Shown piece by piece: positions 16,108-25,938 of a stretch of 64,000 nucleotides of DNA. The stretch is taken from the NCBI GenBank assembly GCA_964201005.1, contig CAXNCS010000003.1, forward strand, positions 71,180-135,179, read 5' to 3'. How positions within the stretch are numbered: position 1 is the stretch's first letter; each line of letters starts with the position of its first letter. The notes beneath the pieces are model-generated. The model saw nothing but the letters and a program-made list of their open reading frames with translations. It was not told where the DNA came from and made no database searches. Both the position numbers and the translations under genes were made by a program. This DNA is from Myxococcota bacterium (GTDB lineage: Bacteria > Myxococcota_A > UBA9042).

Positions 16108-18165
16108 CTACTTGGGCGTCGGCTGCGGATCCTTGGCCTGGCCTTCCAGGGTCTTGGCCGCCTCGATTTCCTGAATGCGCGAAACGATCGCCACGAGCGC
16201 CTTCCACTTGCCGTCGGCTTCGTCGCTCTTCTTGATGAGCTCGTTCTTCTTTGCTGCCCAGTCCGGCGTCGCCTTCTTGGGTGCGCCGCTCGCCTTGATG
16301 AGCACCAGCGTCGCCGGCCAATCGGCTCCGGGCTTCTTGAGCGCAACATGGGCCTTCAGTTGCTCGCGCAGGGCATCGCGCTCGGCCTTGAGCTTGTCGG
16401 CCTTGCCCTGAGCCTCGGCGGGATCGGTGTCCATGGCCTCGCGCAGGTACTGCTTCCACAGGGCCACGGCCTTGTCAGAATTGTTAAAGTACTTGTAGTT
16501 CATGATCGCCAGACGCACCAAGATGGCGTAGCGCTTGGGATCCTTGGCCAGCACCTTGTCGTAGTATTCCGCGGCCTTCTGTGGATTGCGCAGGCCTTCC
16601 ATGGTCAGGGCATAGCCGGTGATCGCCTCCAAGTTGCCCGGCTCCAGGGCCAGCGCCTCTTTGTAGACCTTGTCGGCATCGCGGTAGTTCAAATATTCTA
16701 GGTAGATGGCGCCCAGATTGAGTCGCGCCGACACGGAACCGGCGTTGAGCTGCACCGCGTTCTTGAGCGCCACCACCGCGCGCGGCAGGTCGCCCAGCAG
16801 CACGTAGGTCATGCCCAGGTTACCCCACGCTTCCGGGTTGGCGGGGTCGATGGCGAGCACCTTCTCCTCCAAAATCCACCGGGCGATATCGTAGCGGCCC
16901 TGCTTGAGGTTGATCAGACCGCGGACATTCAGCGCAATCGTGTCTTCGCGGTTGACGCGCAAAGCCTTTTGCAGAAACTGCTCGGCGAGCTTGAAGTCGT
17001 CCGCAGCCAGCCAATAGACGGCGAGCGCCACGTTGTTCATGGCGTTGTCCGGGTCTTGGCCCAGGATCGAGTCGCAGATGCCCTTGGCTTGATCGCGCAA
17101 ACCTTTGGCTTTGTCCGCTTCGCCGGCTTCCGCCAGACGGTTGGCCTGGGCGAGCATGGAGCGGGCGATGTACGCCTGGGCCGACAGCTGCAGGCCGCGC
17201 TCGCGATCGTCCTTGGGCTCAATCAGCTTGGCGGCTTCGTACGACTTGCGCGCTTCGTCGTATTTGCCCAGGCGCTCATAAGCCATGCCAGCGTTGAAGT
17301 AGGCTTCATAGAAGCGCTTATCCAGGTCCGCGGCGCGCTGAAACTCGACCGCAGCGCTCTGGTAGTCCGGGCCGCACTTGCTGCAACGACCGTCCGCGGC
17401 CTTACACGCGCTGGGGCAACCGTACGCCGTGCACTTGCCGCTGCCCAGGTCGATGTACTCGCCCACTTTGCACGGGCCAGCGCCTTCGCTGCTGTTGGAG
17501 GTGAGTTCCTGCTCCGTGCATTCGCGGGTAGCGAGCTCGCAGCCTTCAGAGCCGGGCTTGCACCGCACAAACTTAAAGCTCGGCGCGCCAGCCACTGCAC
17601 CGGCGTCGGCGGCGGGCGGGGCTTCGACCTTCTTCATCCAGTCGCCACACCACTTGTTGCGCCCGGCCGCGTCCATGACTTTCTTGTCGCAAGCCTTGGT
17701 GTCCAGCTCGCACGCCAGATCGCGCGTGCCGTCCTTCCACGGTTCGCACGGCACCTCAACGTCCTTCTCGACTTCCTCTTCCTTGCCCTCGTCGTTCTTG
17801 ACCTTTTCCTTCTTCTTCTCCGTGCGCACGTACTTGGCGCAGCGGTCCAGCACGCAGGAATCGGGGCTCTCAATCGCCACCGAGGCGCAGGTATTGGGGC
17901 CGACGCGCGCGCAGCTCTTGCCCAGCGAGACAAAGCCCGCGGCGCAGCACTGGCCGTCATCCAATATCTGATAAGGATTGCACTTAGGCACCTTGCGCAG
18001 CGCCGACTGCAGGCCAGAGCGCATCGCATCCTGGGCCTTGTCGTCGATGCCGGGCAGGTATTCTTGGGCGTAGGCGCTCGCGGTCGCCACCGTGGTGAGC
18101 ATCAGCCCCAGCAGGGCCGACGCCAGCTTGGGACCGCTTGCGAACTTCTTGAAAGTCGTGGTCAT
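16108..18165 (-). CDS. Secreted protein with an N-terminal Cys-rich region and multiple TPR repeats
   Basis: ORF 16108-18186, with the start moved to ATG 18165 (AGGAGA upstream; MTTTFKKFASGPKLASALLGLMLTTVATASAYA/QE is a signal peptide). More than 20 Cys occur in the first ~260 aa. TPR units follow (YFNAGMAYERLGKYDEARKSYEAAKLIEP; WGNLGMTYVLLGDLPRAVVALKNAVQLN; EAITGYALTMEGLRNPQKAAEYYDKVLAKDP), then a charged C-terminal tail. Confidence 0.85.
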   Translation of the reverse strand: MTTTFKKFASGPKLASALLGLMLTTVATASAYAQEYLPGIDDKAQDAMRSGLQSALRKVPKCNPYQILDDGQCCAAGFVSLGKSCARVGPNTCASVAIESPDSCVLDRCAKYVRTEKKKEKVKNDEGKEEEVEKDVEVPCEPWKDGTRDLACELDTKACDKKVMDAAGRNKWCGDWMKKVEAPPAADAGAVAGAPSFKFVRCKPGSEGCELATRECTEQELTSNSSEGAGPCKVGEYIDLGSGKCTAYGCPSACKAADGRCSKCGPDYQSAAVEFQRAADLDKRFYEAYFNAGMAYERLGKYDEARKSYEAAKLIEPKDDRERGLQLSAQAYIARSMLAQANRLAEAGEADKAKGLRDQAKGICDSILGQDPDNAMNNVALAVYWLAADDFKLAEQFLQKALRVNREDTIALNVRGLINLKQGRYDIARWILEEKVLAIDPANPEAWGNLGMTYVLLGDLPRAVVALKNAVQLNAGSVSARLNLGAIYLEYLNYRDADKVYKEALALEPGNLEAITGYALTMEGLRNPQKAAEYYDKVLAKDPKRYAILVRLAIMNYKYFNNSDKAVALWKQYLREAMDTDPAEAQGKADKLKAERDALREQLKAHVALKKPGADWPATLVLIKASGAPKKATPDWAAKKNELIKKSDEADGKWKALVAIVSRIQEIEAAKTLEGQAKDPQPTPK

Positions 18166-18189
18166 GGCTGGGATTCTCCTGTGCAAGGG

Positions 18190-21100
18190 CTACTTGGCGT
18201 CGGCCTTGGGCTTGTAGGAAACGGTAAACTTGCCGCGGCGCACGCTGGTGACGAACGCTGCAGAAGTGGCCGGGTCCGAAGACTCGTTGGCCGACACAGT
18301 CGCGGCTGCCTTGGGCAGGTTGGGGTCTTTTTCCACCGTCGGGTACGCGTCCGGATTGACCTTGTACGCGTAATCGCCAGCTTCTTTGGACCACTTGTTG
18401 TACACGCCCAAGTTGTGGGCGATGTTGATGGCGCTCTTGAGCGCGGTGACGGACTGCTCTTCGATCGGCGTCGCCAGCTTCTCGATTTCCAGCTTGTAGG
18501 CGTCTTCCAGCTCGGCGTTGCCGACGATCTGCGGCGGAACCGGAGCGTTGAACAGGTCTTCCTTGAACTTGAAGTACAGCAAACCGATGCGGAAGGCCGC
18601 CGCTGCCGCGTACGCCTTACCGCCGCCGGCAGAGGCCTTTTCAACCACGTCAAAGTAGCGACCTTCGGCCTTCTTGAGCGCCTCGGCCTTCTTTTGCAGC
18701 ATCGGCAGCAGGCCCTTCATGTTCTTGACGCTCTTGAGGGTCAGGACGTCGAAGTCGTCAAAGTCGTACTCGGTGCGATAGAACAGCGCTTGCGCCACAT
18801 AGAACGTCGCCTTGCCGCCCTTGCCGTCGGGCTTCTCATAAGCCTTGGCTGCGGAGTCGGCGGCGGAAATGGCGTCCTTGCGGTTCTTGCCGGCGTCGGC
18901 CAAGCGCAGTTGCTCGGTCTTGCGGCCCAGTGCCTCTACGTGCAGGTCCGGGCGGGCAGGGTACTTGCTGACCACCGCGGCGTAGGAGCCGGCGGCGAGC
19001 TTGGCGCCTTCCACGCCCATTTTCTCGTAGACGTGGCCCTTCTCCATCTCGGCATCGGCGACCAGGCCCTTGAGGCGCTTGGTATTCTCGTCGTCGCCCT
19101 TGAGCGCGTTGGCCACGCCGATGAACTTGTCATACGCCGCCGCCGCACCGCGGTAGTCCTGGAGCGCCGCGAGGATCTGGCCGGCGTTGATCAGCGCCTG
19201 GGCTGCATCGGCGTTGTCGCGGAACTTGGCCATGTCCAAGAAGGCGTCGGCCGCTTCGCGGAAGCTGGTCATCGCCTCATAGAGCATACCGACCTGGAAC
19301 TTGGCCTCGGGGGCGATCTTGGACTTGGGGAACTCCTTGACCACGCGCTCAAACGTGTCGATGGCGACCTTGTCGTCCTTCTGGTCGATGTAGAGCATGG
19401 CCTTGTTGTACAGAGCAATCGCCGCCAACTCCGGCTCTTCGCTCTTGAATTCGCGCAGAATGGTGTCGTACTTGGCATGTGCGCCTTCGTAGTCCTTCTT
19501 CTCCGCCAGCTGGATGGCCTGTTCGGCGACCGAAACTGCAATGTACTTCCGCAGATCCTTGGTCTCGAGCACGATGCGGCTCTTGCGCTTGAGCATCAGC
19601 CGCGCCCACTCTTCGATCTTGACCCAGTCCTTCTGGCGCGCGTAGATGTCGATCAAGCTGCGCACAGCGATCTCAGCGACTTTGTTGTCTTCCTGGTACT
19701 TGTAGACGCGCTCGTAGCCGCTGATGGCCTCACTGTACTGGCCGCGGTCATAGAAGGCCGAGGCGGCGAGGTACATGATCTCCGGGACCATCTTGCCCTT
19801 GCCGCACTGCTTCTTCTTGCCGCCGGTGCAGTCAACTTTGGCCTTCTCCATCAACTCGACGTACTTGTCGGCCGCCTTGACGTACGACACTTCGAGCGGG
19901 TGCAATTCCTGGCGCTTCTTGGGTACCTGGGCGGCCTTGATCTGCTCTTCCGTCAGGTCGGCCTTCTTGTCTTTCTTGACGACGGTGACCTTGACGCCGC
20001 CGCCTTCCACCGTGTCGACCAGCGGCGAGCAGTCAGCCCGCTCTTCCCAGGCCTGCTTCTTGTCGTTGTAGCACGCCTTGGTGTTGCGCATCAGGTTTTC
20101 CGTAGCGTAAATCACGCCCAACGCGGCGTCTTCGACGTACTCGCCACTCGGGTCCAGCTCGATGACGCGCTCGTAGGCGACGCGAGCTCGGTTGAAGTCC
20201 TTGAGCTGGTCGTACAACAATTCCGCATAGTAGAAGTTGACGATGTACGCCTTCTTGCTGTCCGGATAGCGGCGGATGAACTCTTTGTAGTCGTCCGCAG
20301 CCTTGTTGTAGTAGGGCAGCGACTTGGCCGAGTCCTTGGTCTCGTCGTCGGTCTTCTGGGCCAACTGGTGGTAGTAGTTGGAGATGTACAGCAGGTAGTT
20401 CTCGCCGTTGCGCTGGGCCTTGTCGCGGGCCTCTTCAGACTTGGCGTCCTTGCGCTGCTTCATGGCCGACAGCCACGGCGAGGTGCGGTCATCCGTGAAC
20501 GCCAAGAACTTGCGCATCGCCGCTTCGATGTCCGGGAACGCTCCGAGCTTCTTGTAGATGTCGACAATCTGCTCGTGCCACTCGACGCAGCGCGGATCGG
20601 TCGGCTTGCTCTCGATAAAGTGCGTGTGCAGGTCAACCGCGTCTTTGTCTTTGTCGATCGACACGTAGATTTCGCCCAACTTGTACATGCGTTCCCAGGC
20701 CTTGGCCTCGCCTTCGACCGAGATGAAGTACTCCTTGGCCTTGGGCCAGGCGCCGTCGAGCTCGGCATAGGCCTGCACAAGGTCTTTGAGCGCCTGATCG
20801 CGGAACTCGATCTTGCCCTTGTCGCCTTCCTTGCTGATTTCCTTGACCACCGCCTGGAAGGTCTCGATCGTCCGCTGGAATTCGCGCAAGTTGTAGTACA
20901 CCCAACCGAGCTTGTAGAGCGCGTAGTTGTACATCGCCGCATTCTTGAAATTCTGCGTGATCTTCTCGTAGTTCATCTTGGCGAGGGTCAGGTTGTTCGC
21001 CTCAAAGAAGTGCTCGGCCAGCGCCAAGTGGGCTTGCGGGATGAGCGGGCTCGTCTGGAACTTCTGAATCAGCTGATTGAGGTACTGCACGCCCTTTTGC

Positions 21101-21759
21101 GACAGCACTTTGTCGCCCAGCGCCTTGCCCTGCTGCATGCACGCCTTGCCCACGCGGTACAGAATCTCTGAGAGGCGCGGGTAGTTGGGGTACTGCTGCA
21201 ACACCTTCTCGTAATACGAGATCGACTGCTGATAATTCTCCACTGGCTGTACCGGCTTCTCTTTGAGGATGCCTTTCTCAAACTGCTCCATCTTGCGGTC
21301 GTAGTCCGAGCGCTCGAGCAGATAGAGGAACTTGGTCTCTTCCCACCACGCCTCCGCCATGCGGAAGTAGTAGTCGGGGGCGTTGGGATCGCGCGGATTG
21401 CGCGCCAGCAGATCTTCCAGCGTCTTGATCGTCCGCACGCGAATCTTGGACTTTTCCTGCTGCAGCGCCCGCTCTTTGGGGGTAAAGCCCAGCTGGTCGA
21501 GCCGATCGGCGGTGAAGGAGCCTTTCTGCAGGGCATCCTCATCGCGCTTGGGCTTGGCCACTTCGACTTTCTTCTCTTCCTCCACCAGCGAGGTCTTCTT
21601 TTCGACCTTCTTGGTGGCGGCGCCGGCCTCGACGTCTTCTTCCTGGGCCCAAGCGGCCGCGCCACCGGCGACGACGCCCAAAGTGGTGACGAGGGCTACC
21701 AAGCGTCGCCACGGGCGCGAGGCTCCCGAGACGCTGCGCTGCAAGCTGGATTCACGCAT
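18190..21759 (-). CDS. 1189-aa secreted all-TPR protein (size and position of GltD/AgmU-NfsD-type proteins)
   Basis: Signal peptide MRESSLQRSVSGASRPWRRLVALVTTLGVVAGGAAAWA/QEE, then a charged K/E linker, then TPR-like helical repeats throughout (e.g. YALYKLGWVYYNLREFQRTIETFQAVV; YYAELLYDQLKDFNRARVAYERVIELDP; LYNKAMLYIDQKDDKVAIDTFERVVKEFP). Its stop lies 24 nt before the next gene's start. Confidence 0.85.
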   Translation of the reverse strand: MRESSLQRSVSGASRPWRRLVALVTTLGVVAGGAAAWAQEEDVEAGAATKKVEKKTSLVEEEKKVEVAKPKRDEDALQKGSFTADRLDQLGFTPKERALQQEKSKIRVRTIKTLEDLLARNPRDPNAPDYYFRMAEAWWEETKFLYLLERSDYDRKMEQFEKGILKEKPVQPVENYQQSISYYEKVLQQYPNYPRLSEILYRVGKACMQQGKALGDKVLSQKGVQYLNQLIQKFQTSPLIPQAHLALAEHFFEANNLTLAKMNYEKITQNFKNAAMYNYALYKLGWVYYNLREFQRTIETFQAVVKEISKEGDKGKIEFRDQALKDLVQAYAELDGAWPKAKEYFISVEGEAKAWERMYKLGEIYVSIDKDKDAVDLHTHFIESKPTDPRCVEWHEQIVDIYKKLGAFPDIEAAMRKFLAFTDDRTSPWLSAMKQRKDAKSEEARDKAQRNGENYLLYISNYYHQLAQKTDDETKDSAKSLPYYNKAADDYKEFIRRYPDSKKAYIVNFYYAELLYDQLKDFNRARVAYERVIELDPSGEYVEDAALGVIYATENLMRNTKACYNDKKQAWEERADCSPLVDTVEGGGVKVTVVKKDKKADLTEEQIKAAQVPKKRQELHPLEVSYVKAADKYVELMEKAKVDCTGGKKKQCGKGKMVPEIMYLAASAFYDRGQYSEAISGYERVYKYQEDNKVAEIAVRSLIDIYARQKDWVKIEEWARLMLKRKSRIVLETKDLRKYIAVSVAEQAIQLAEKKDYEGAHAKYDTILREFKSEEPELAAIALYNKAMLYIDQKDDKVAIDTFERVVKEFPKSKIAPEAKFQVGMLYEAMTSFREAADAFLDMAKFRDNADAAQALINAGQILAALQDYRGAAAAYDKFIGVANALKGDDENTKRLKGLVADAEMEKGHVYEKMGVEGAKLAAGSYAAVVSKYPARPDLHVEALGRKTEQLRLADAGKNRKDAISAADSAAKAYEKPDGKGGKATFYVAQALFYRTEYDFDDFDVLTLKSVKNMKGLLPMLQKKAEALKKAEGRYFDVVEKASAGGGKAYAAAAAFRIGLLYFKFKEDLFNAPVPPQIVGNAELEDAYKLEIEKLATPIEEQSVTALKSAINIAHNLGVYNKWSKEAGDYAYKVNPDAYPTVEKDPNLPKAAATVSANESSDPATSAAFVTSVRRGKFTVSYKPKADAK

Positions 21760-21857
21760 AGCGATACCTTTGCTGGGGGGAATGGGAGCGGCGCTCTGGC
21801 TGCGGGCGGCTCAGCGCTGGCCCACTTTGGCGGCGATCCCCATGCGGGGTCACGAAC

Positions 21858-23783
21858 TCAGTTGCCGACCGCGGGGGCCGAACTGGTCTTGCACTTGGAC
21901 TTGAGGAACGAGCGGTAGGCGCCGATCTCGTCTTTCCAGAATTCACCTTCAAACGGCCACTGCATGGCGTCCGAGCCGGCGATCGCCACCGGGCCTTCCT
22001 TGGCCACCGCCTCGCCTTCAGCCGCCGACTTGCCGGCCTGCTCGTCTTCGATCGCCTGCAGGCGGATTTCGTCGAGGTCGAGGCGCAGCTGGGCGAGCTT
22101 ATCCTGATAGGTATCCAGGTCTTTGGCCGCCTGACGCAAGGTCTGCTGGATGACCACACCGGCCTCAGAAATGCGCTCCGTCTTGCGCTGGCCGAGCTTG
22201 GCGAGCATCTCCTGACCAAAGGCGCCGAGCTGCTGCAGGTTGGCCTTGACCACCCGCTCCTCTTTCTCGATCTGCTTGATCGTGTTGTAAAGGTTGTAGA
22301 ATTCGACATTCATCAGCACGGGCGACTGCAGCTGCCGCGGCAATCCGCCGCCCTGCTTGGGCTTGTTCACCGTGGCCAAGAAGGCGTTGTAGAACTCTTC
22401 CGGCTTGCGCGAGCGCTTGAGGAAGTCGCGCAGCGGCGGGGCGAGGACGATCACCCGCTCCTCAAACATCTTCATGGCCTCTTCCGCCTCCGCCGACAGG
22501 CACAGGTTGACGTACGCCGTCGCCTCCAAGATCCACAGCTCCGGGTAGAAGTGGTGGGCAAAGTAGGGGCTGTGCAAGGCGTGAAAGGTACCCAGGGCCC
22601 GCGAGGTGTCGCCTTTGAGGAAGTAGGTCCAGCCGCTCTCATAGAACGCGGTCGCCAGCTTGGGCGAGTTCTTGCTGATCTTCTTGTAGTAGTAGATCGC
22701 CGCGTCGTACTGCTGAATATCGTACGCCAAACGCGCTAGAGCCAGATAGGCCAGATCGACCACCGGCCGGCCATCCGCTTGGGTCTCCGCGGCGAGCACG
22801 GCTTTCTGGAACGCCTCGGCGGCGGCCTTGACTTGGGCACCGGCGAGGCGATCTTCGGCGTTGTCCGGAATCTCCATCAGGCCAAGCAGATACTGGGCGC
22901 GACCATAGTCCAGGCCCTTGTCCGATACCTTCTCCAGGTAGGGGCGCGCGGCATCTTTGACGCCAAAGTCGTTGAGCGCTTCGCCTACAAAGTAGTAGAA
23001 GCCGTCTTGAAACCCCGCGTCAAAGGTATTGACCGACAGCTTGGTCAGTTCTTCAAGCTCCGGCGGGCGATAGATGATCTGCTTGCGCAGGTCGCGCAGC
23101 TGTTGGAACGCGGTGGTAAAGAACATCTTGTCTGAGCCGGCGCGCACCACGTCAAGCAGCGTATCCGCAGCCGACTGAATCAGCCCCGCGCGGGCCAAGG
23201 CGTTGGCGATGCCGTACTTGGCGACGTAGGCCTCGTTGCTGTCCGGAGCGAATGGGATGCCGCCAACGCCGTCTTCGACGAACTTGGTGAACACCTGCAC
23301 GGCTTTGACGAACTCGCCAGAGTTGGCGTAGTCCTGGCCCTGCTTGAGGATCTTGCCGGCAAAGGCCTTGCGCTGGCCCTCTTCGCGGCGCTTCTGCTCT
23401 TCCGCCAACCGCACCGACTCTTCGCGCAGCCGGGCCTCTTCGGCGGCCATCTCGGCGGCGGTCAGCACTTTTTCGGCGGGCTTGTCCACCGGCTTGTCCG
23501 CCGGCTTGGGCGCGGTGCCGGCGCCAGTCGACAGCATGAAGCGGATGAGCTTGTCCGTCGCGCCGCGGCGCTTGAGCTCCATGATCTCCTTGGGCGCCAG
23601 GGCAAACTTGCTGCCGTCCTTGGTGATCTTCTTGATGATCTGATCGTCGGTCGCTTCAGCTTCCAACAGGGCATACACCTGGTCCAGGCTGATGGCCCAA
23701 GCGGGAACGGCCTGACTCGCGGAGACGAGCAGGGCAGCGGCCATGGCCCAAGAGCCCAAGCGGCGGCGGTGGTGAAGGTGCAT
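21858..23783 (-). CDS. 641-aa secreted TPR / coiled-coil protein
   Basis: GGAGGAACC precedes ATG 23783. Signal peptide MHLHHRRRLGSWAMAAALLVSASQAVPAWA/IS. A small N-terminal helical module is followed by a P/A/K linker, TPR-like repeats (RAQYLLGLMEIPDN.., YLALARLAYDIQQYDAAIYYYKKI) and a C-terminal coiled coil (LDTYQDKLAQLRLDLDEIRLQAIEDEQ). Confidence 0.8.
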   Translation of the reverse strand: MHLHHRRRLGSWAMAAALLVSASQAVPAWAISLDQVYALLEAEATDDQIIKKITKDGSKFALAPKEIMELKRRGATDKLIRFMLSTGAGTAPKPADKPVDKPAEKVLTAAEMAAEEARLREESVRLAEEQKRREEGQRKAFAGKILKQGQDYANSGEFVKAVQVFTKFVEDGVGGIPFAPDSNEAYVAKYGIANALARAGLIQSAADTLLDVVRAGSDKMFFTTAFQQLRDLRKQIIYRPPELEELTKLSVNTFDAGFQDGFYYFVGEALNDFGVKDAARPYLEKVSDKGLDYGRAQYLLGLMEIPDNAEDRLAGAQVKAAAEAFQKAVLAAETQADGRPVVDLAYLALARLAYDIQQYDAAIYYYKKISKNSPKLATAFYESGWTYFLKGDTSRALGTFHALHSPYFAHHFYPELWILEATAYVNLCLSAEAEEAMKMFEERVIVLAPPLRDFLKRSRKPEEFYNAFLATVNKPKQGGGLPRQLQSPVLMNVEFYNLYNTIKQIEKEERVVKANLQQLGAFGQEMLAKLGQRKTERISEAGVVIQQTLRQAAKDLDTYQDKLAQLRLDLDEIRLQAIEDEQAGKSAAEGEAVAKEGPVAIAGSDAMQWPFEGEFWKDEIGAYRSFLKSKCKTSSAPAVGN

Positions 23784-23890
23784 GGTTCCTCCGCGGTGCG
23801 GTGCGGTGTGCGGGCTGGCGGTCTAGCGCGGACCCACTGAGTCAATTGCAGAAAAGCGGTGCTTCTACCCAAAGCCCCCGTACGTCCAGG

Positions 23891-24856
23891 CTATTCCGCC
23901 GGGGCGGTGAACCAGGTCAGCGAAACGGTGACAGAAACCGGCTTGGACAAACCGGCTGAGGCGTCGTTCTTCACGTCGTCAAAGGCCGGGTAGTAGAGCT
24001 GCTGGATGTTGGCGCGCAGGGCCCAGCGCTCGGCGATGTAGAACTGCAGGTAGGTGCCCACTGAGCCAGCGGCATCAAAGCGGTACGCTGGTTCGATTAC
24101 GCCTTTCTTGGTCACACGGGTGTAAACGCCGCCGATGCCAAAGCTCAGCGCTGCGTCAAACTCGTTGAGGCCCGTGCCAAAAAAGCTGAACTTACCGTGC
24201 ATCAAGTTCCAGTCGACGCCCGCCGTCGTGTAGGCCTGCAGCGTCTGCGGCAACCGCACGTTCAGCTCAAAGCCGTCGGGGCGCTTCGACTGCAGCTTGT
24301 CGCGCAAGGATGTCGGCTGATCGTAGGTGTAGGCACCCTGGACGTGCAGCGCAAGGTCTTCAGAGAAATAGTAATTGTAGCCCACGCCGCCGGTGATGTA
24401 GGTCCAGAAGTCGTCGTTGGGCACCACGCCGCCCAAGAAGGAGACGCTGTGGCGGCCTTCCTTGATGACCGCGCGCTTCTGGATCACTTTGATGTCGCGG
24501 CGCTTGGCCCACTCCATCCGCGCTCCAGGGGGCACCGCGTCGTCGCCGACACCGTAGATGTCTTGGTCGCCGGTTTCGCCCATGAGGTCAGGGGCTTTGC
24601 CTTTGTCCCCGCCCTTGTCCGCTGCCGGCTTTGGCTCGGCTTTTGGCGTTTCAGCTGCGGGGTCCTTGGCGGCGTCGGCGACTGGCGCTTCGGCCGGGGC
24701 TGTTGGATCCGCTGGCTTTTCCGCCGGGGTCTCTTGGGCCAGGGCCGGTACGGCGGCCAGGGCAGTCGCGCCCAACCACGCCGCCAGGCTCAGGCGCCCA
24801 ACCAGTGCGGATCGCCAAGAGCGCCGGGACAGGGGAGAAAGGAAGAAACTGCGCAT
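23891..24856 (-). CDS. Outer-membrane beta-barrel-type protein (321 aa) with a Pro/Ala/Lys-rich N-terminal linker; paralog of 25026-25769
   Basis: ORF 23891-24958, with the start moved to ATG 24856 (MRSFFLSPLSRRSWRSALVGRLSLAAWLGATALAAVPALA/QE). After the linker, amphipathic beta-strand patterning is shared with the neighbouring gene: FLGGVVPNDDFWTYITGGVGYNYYFSEDLALHVQ, NLMHGKFSFFG..FDAALSFGIGGVY, GTYLQFYIAERWALRANIQQLYYP. Confidence 0.7.
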   Translation of the reverse strand: MRSFFLSPLSRRSWRSALVGRLSLAAWLGATALAAVPALAQETPAEKPADPTAPAEAPVADAAKDPAAETPKAEPKPAADKGGDKGKAPDLMGETGDQDIYGVGDDAVPPGARMEWAKRRDIKVIQKRAVIKEGRHSVSFLGGVVPNDDFWTYITGGVGYNYYFSEDLALHVQGAYTYDQPTSLRDKLQSKRPDGFELNVRLPQTLQAYTTAGVDWNLMHGKFSFFGTGLNEFDAALSFGIGGVYTRVTKKGVIEPAYRFDAAGSVGTYLQFYIAERWALRANIQQLYYPAFDDVKNDASAGLSKPVSVTVSLTWFTAPAE

Positions 24857-25025
24857 TTCGAACCTCAGCAGCCGCGGCGGGCCGCCCTCTTGGCAGGGAC
24901 CTTGGGGAGCTGCGGCCGACCTCTGCAGGTGAGTCGCGGCGCTTTGGGGTCCCGTCAACCGCTCGTCTCGCGCCGGTAGGGCGGCTTGCGGCGGCGCATG
25001 GTGAAGTCGCCCGGAGGGCGGATTT

Positions 25026-25769
25026 CTACTTGCTCAAGTAGGCAAGACCGAGGGTGAACTCGGCCGGAGCCAGGAACGAGATATTGTCCTGCGGCTTGTA
25101 CAGGTACTGGCTGTATCCGAGCTGGACGTTGAGAAACCGCGACAGATAGAAGCGGAAGCCAATGCCCCAGTGCCCGCCGACCTTGATGGCATTGACGGGC
25201 TCCTTGTTGCCGCGCGACTCGTCAACGTCGACGTTGATCACGCCCACGCCGCCCGAGAAGTTCACGTCAAAGCTGGTCAGCTTCTTGTCAAAGATGCCCC
25301 ACTTGCCGTGAAAGGGCGTGTAGACCAGGTCCAGCGCGCTCGTCCAGTTCATCTTGGGCGCGGCCTGGGCGCCCCGGGTCAGGACGTTGCAGCTGCCGCC
25401 GCTCGCTGGCACGCACTTGAGGAAGGTGAGGATGTTGGAATCCTCGGCCATGAGGTACTGGAAGCCGCCCTGCAAGGCCAGGGTGTCCGCCAGGTAGTAC
25501 GCCACCCGACCGCCCGCCGTGTAGAACAGGTAAAAGTTGTCGTTGGGGATGGTGCCGAGCTGCACCGAGCCTTCAAAGCCGCCCTTGCGCTCGTAGAGCG
25601 GGTTGGTCAGCGACGGCACGGCCTGGTCGACGTTCCAATACTTGCCCAGCTCGCGATCGATCGGCTCGGCAGATTCTGCCGCCATGGCGGAACTCGCCAG
25701 CGCCCAGGCAGAAACCGTGATCAGGGCTGTCGCGATGGTGCGGCGCAGCGCCCGGTGCATCCAATTCAT
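25026..25769 (-). CDS. Outer-membrane beta-barrel-type protein (247 aa); paralog of 23891-24856
   Basis: GGGAGGAACAGAGG precedes ATG 25769. Signal peptide MNWMHRALRRTIATALITVSAWALASSAMA/AE. Alternating beta-strand patterning: VQLGTIPNDNFYLFYTAGGRVAYYLADTLALQG, YTPFHGKWGIFDKKLTSFDVNFSGGVGVINV, HWGIGFRFYLSRFLNVQLGYSQYLYKP, EFTLGLAYL. Confidence 0.7.
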   Translation of the reverse strand: MNWMHRALRRTIATALITVSAWALASSAMAAESAEPIDRELGKYWNVDQAVPSLTNPLYERKGGFEGSVQLGTIPNDNFYLFYTAGGRVAYYLADTLALQGGFQYLMAEDSNILTFLKCVPASGGSCNVLTRGAQAAPKMNWTSALDLVYTPFHGKWGIFDKKLTSFDVNFSGGVGVINVDVDESRGNKEPVNAIKVGGHWGIGFRFYLSRFLNVQLGYSQYLYKPQDNISFLAPAEFTLGLAYLSK

Positions 25770-25938
25770 CCTCTGTTCCTCCCGCGCGACTCCAGGGGTG
25801 GGGTCGCAGGTGCCGCCTCGCCGCGGCGATCTCTGGCGGTCTGTGGCGCCGGCAGCCCGTCGCTAGGCGGGGGCAGGGCATCGGCAATTCACTTCAGCGG
25901 TTCAGACCTCTCGCTCTACCCAGTTCCGCTTGCCAAAA

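Noticed and set aside
16969-21171. 1400-aa + strand ORF, the longest in the track
   Set aside because: It is antisense to the TPR genes 16108-18165 and 18190-21759. Its translation is low-complexity (L/R/A/G/V-rich) with no motifs, no signal and no RBS. The minus strand gives signal peptides and clean TPR repeats. This is a typical high-GC antisense open frame.
23790-23812. Short tandem (GCGGT)x3 upstream of the 641-aa TPR gene
   Set aside because: There are only three imperfect units in GC-rich DNA, so no evidence of function beyond chance.
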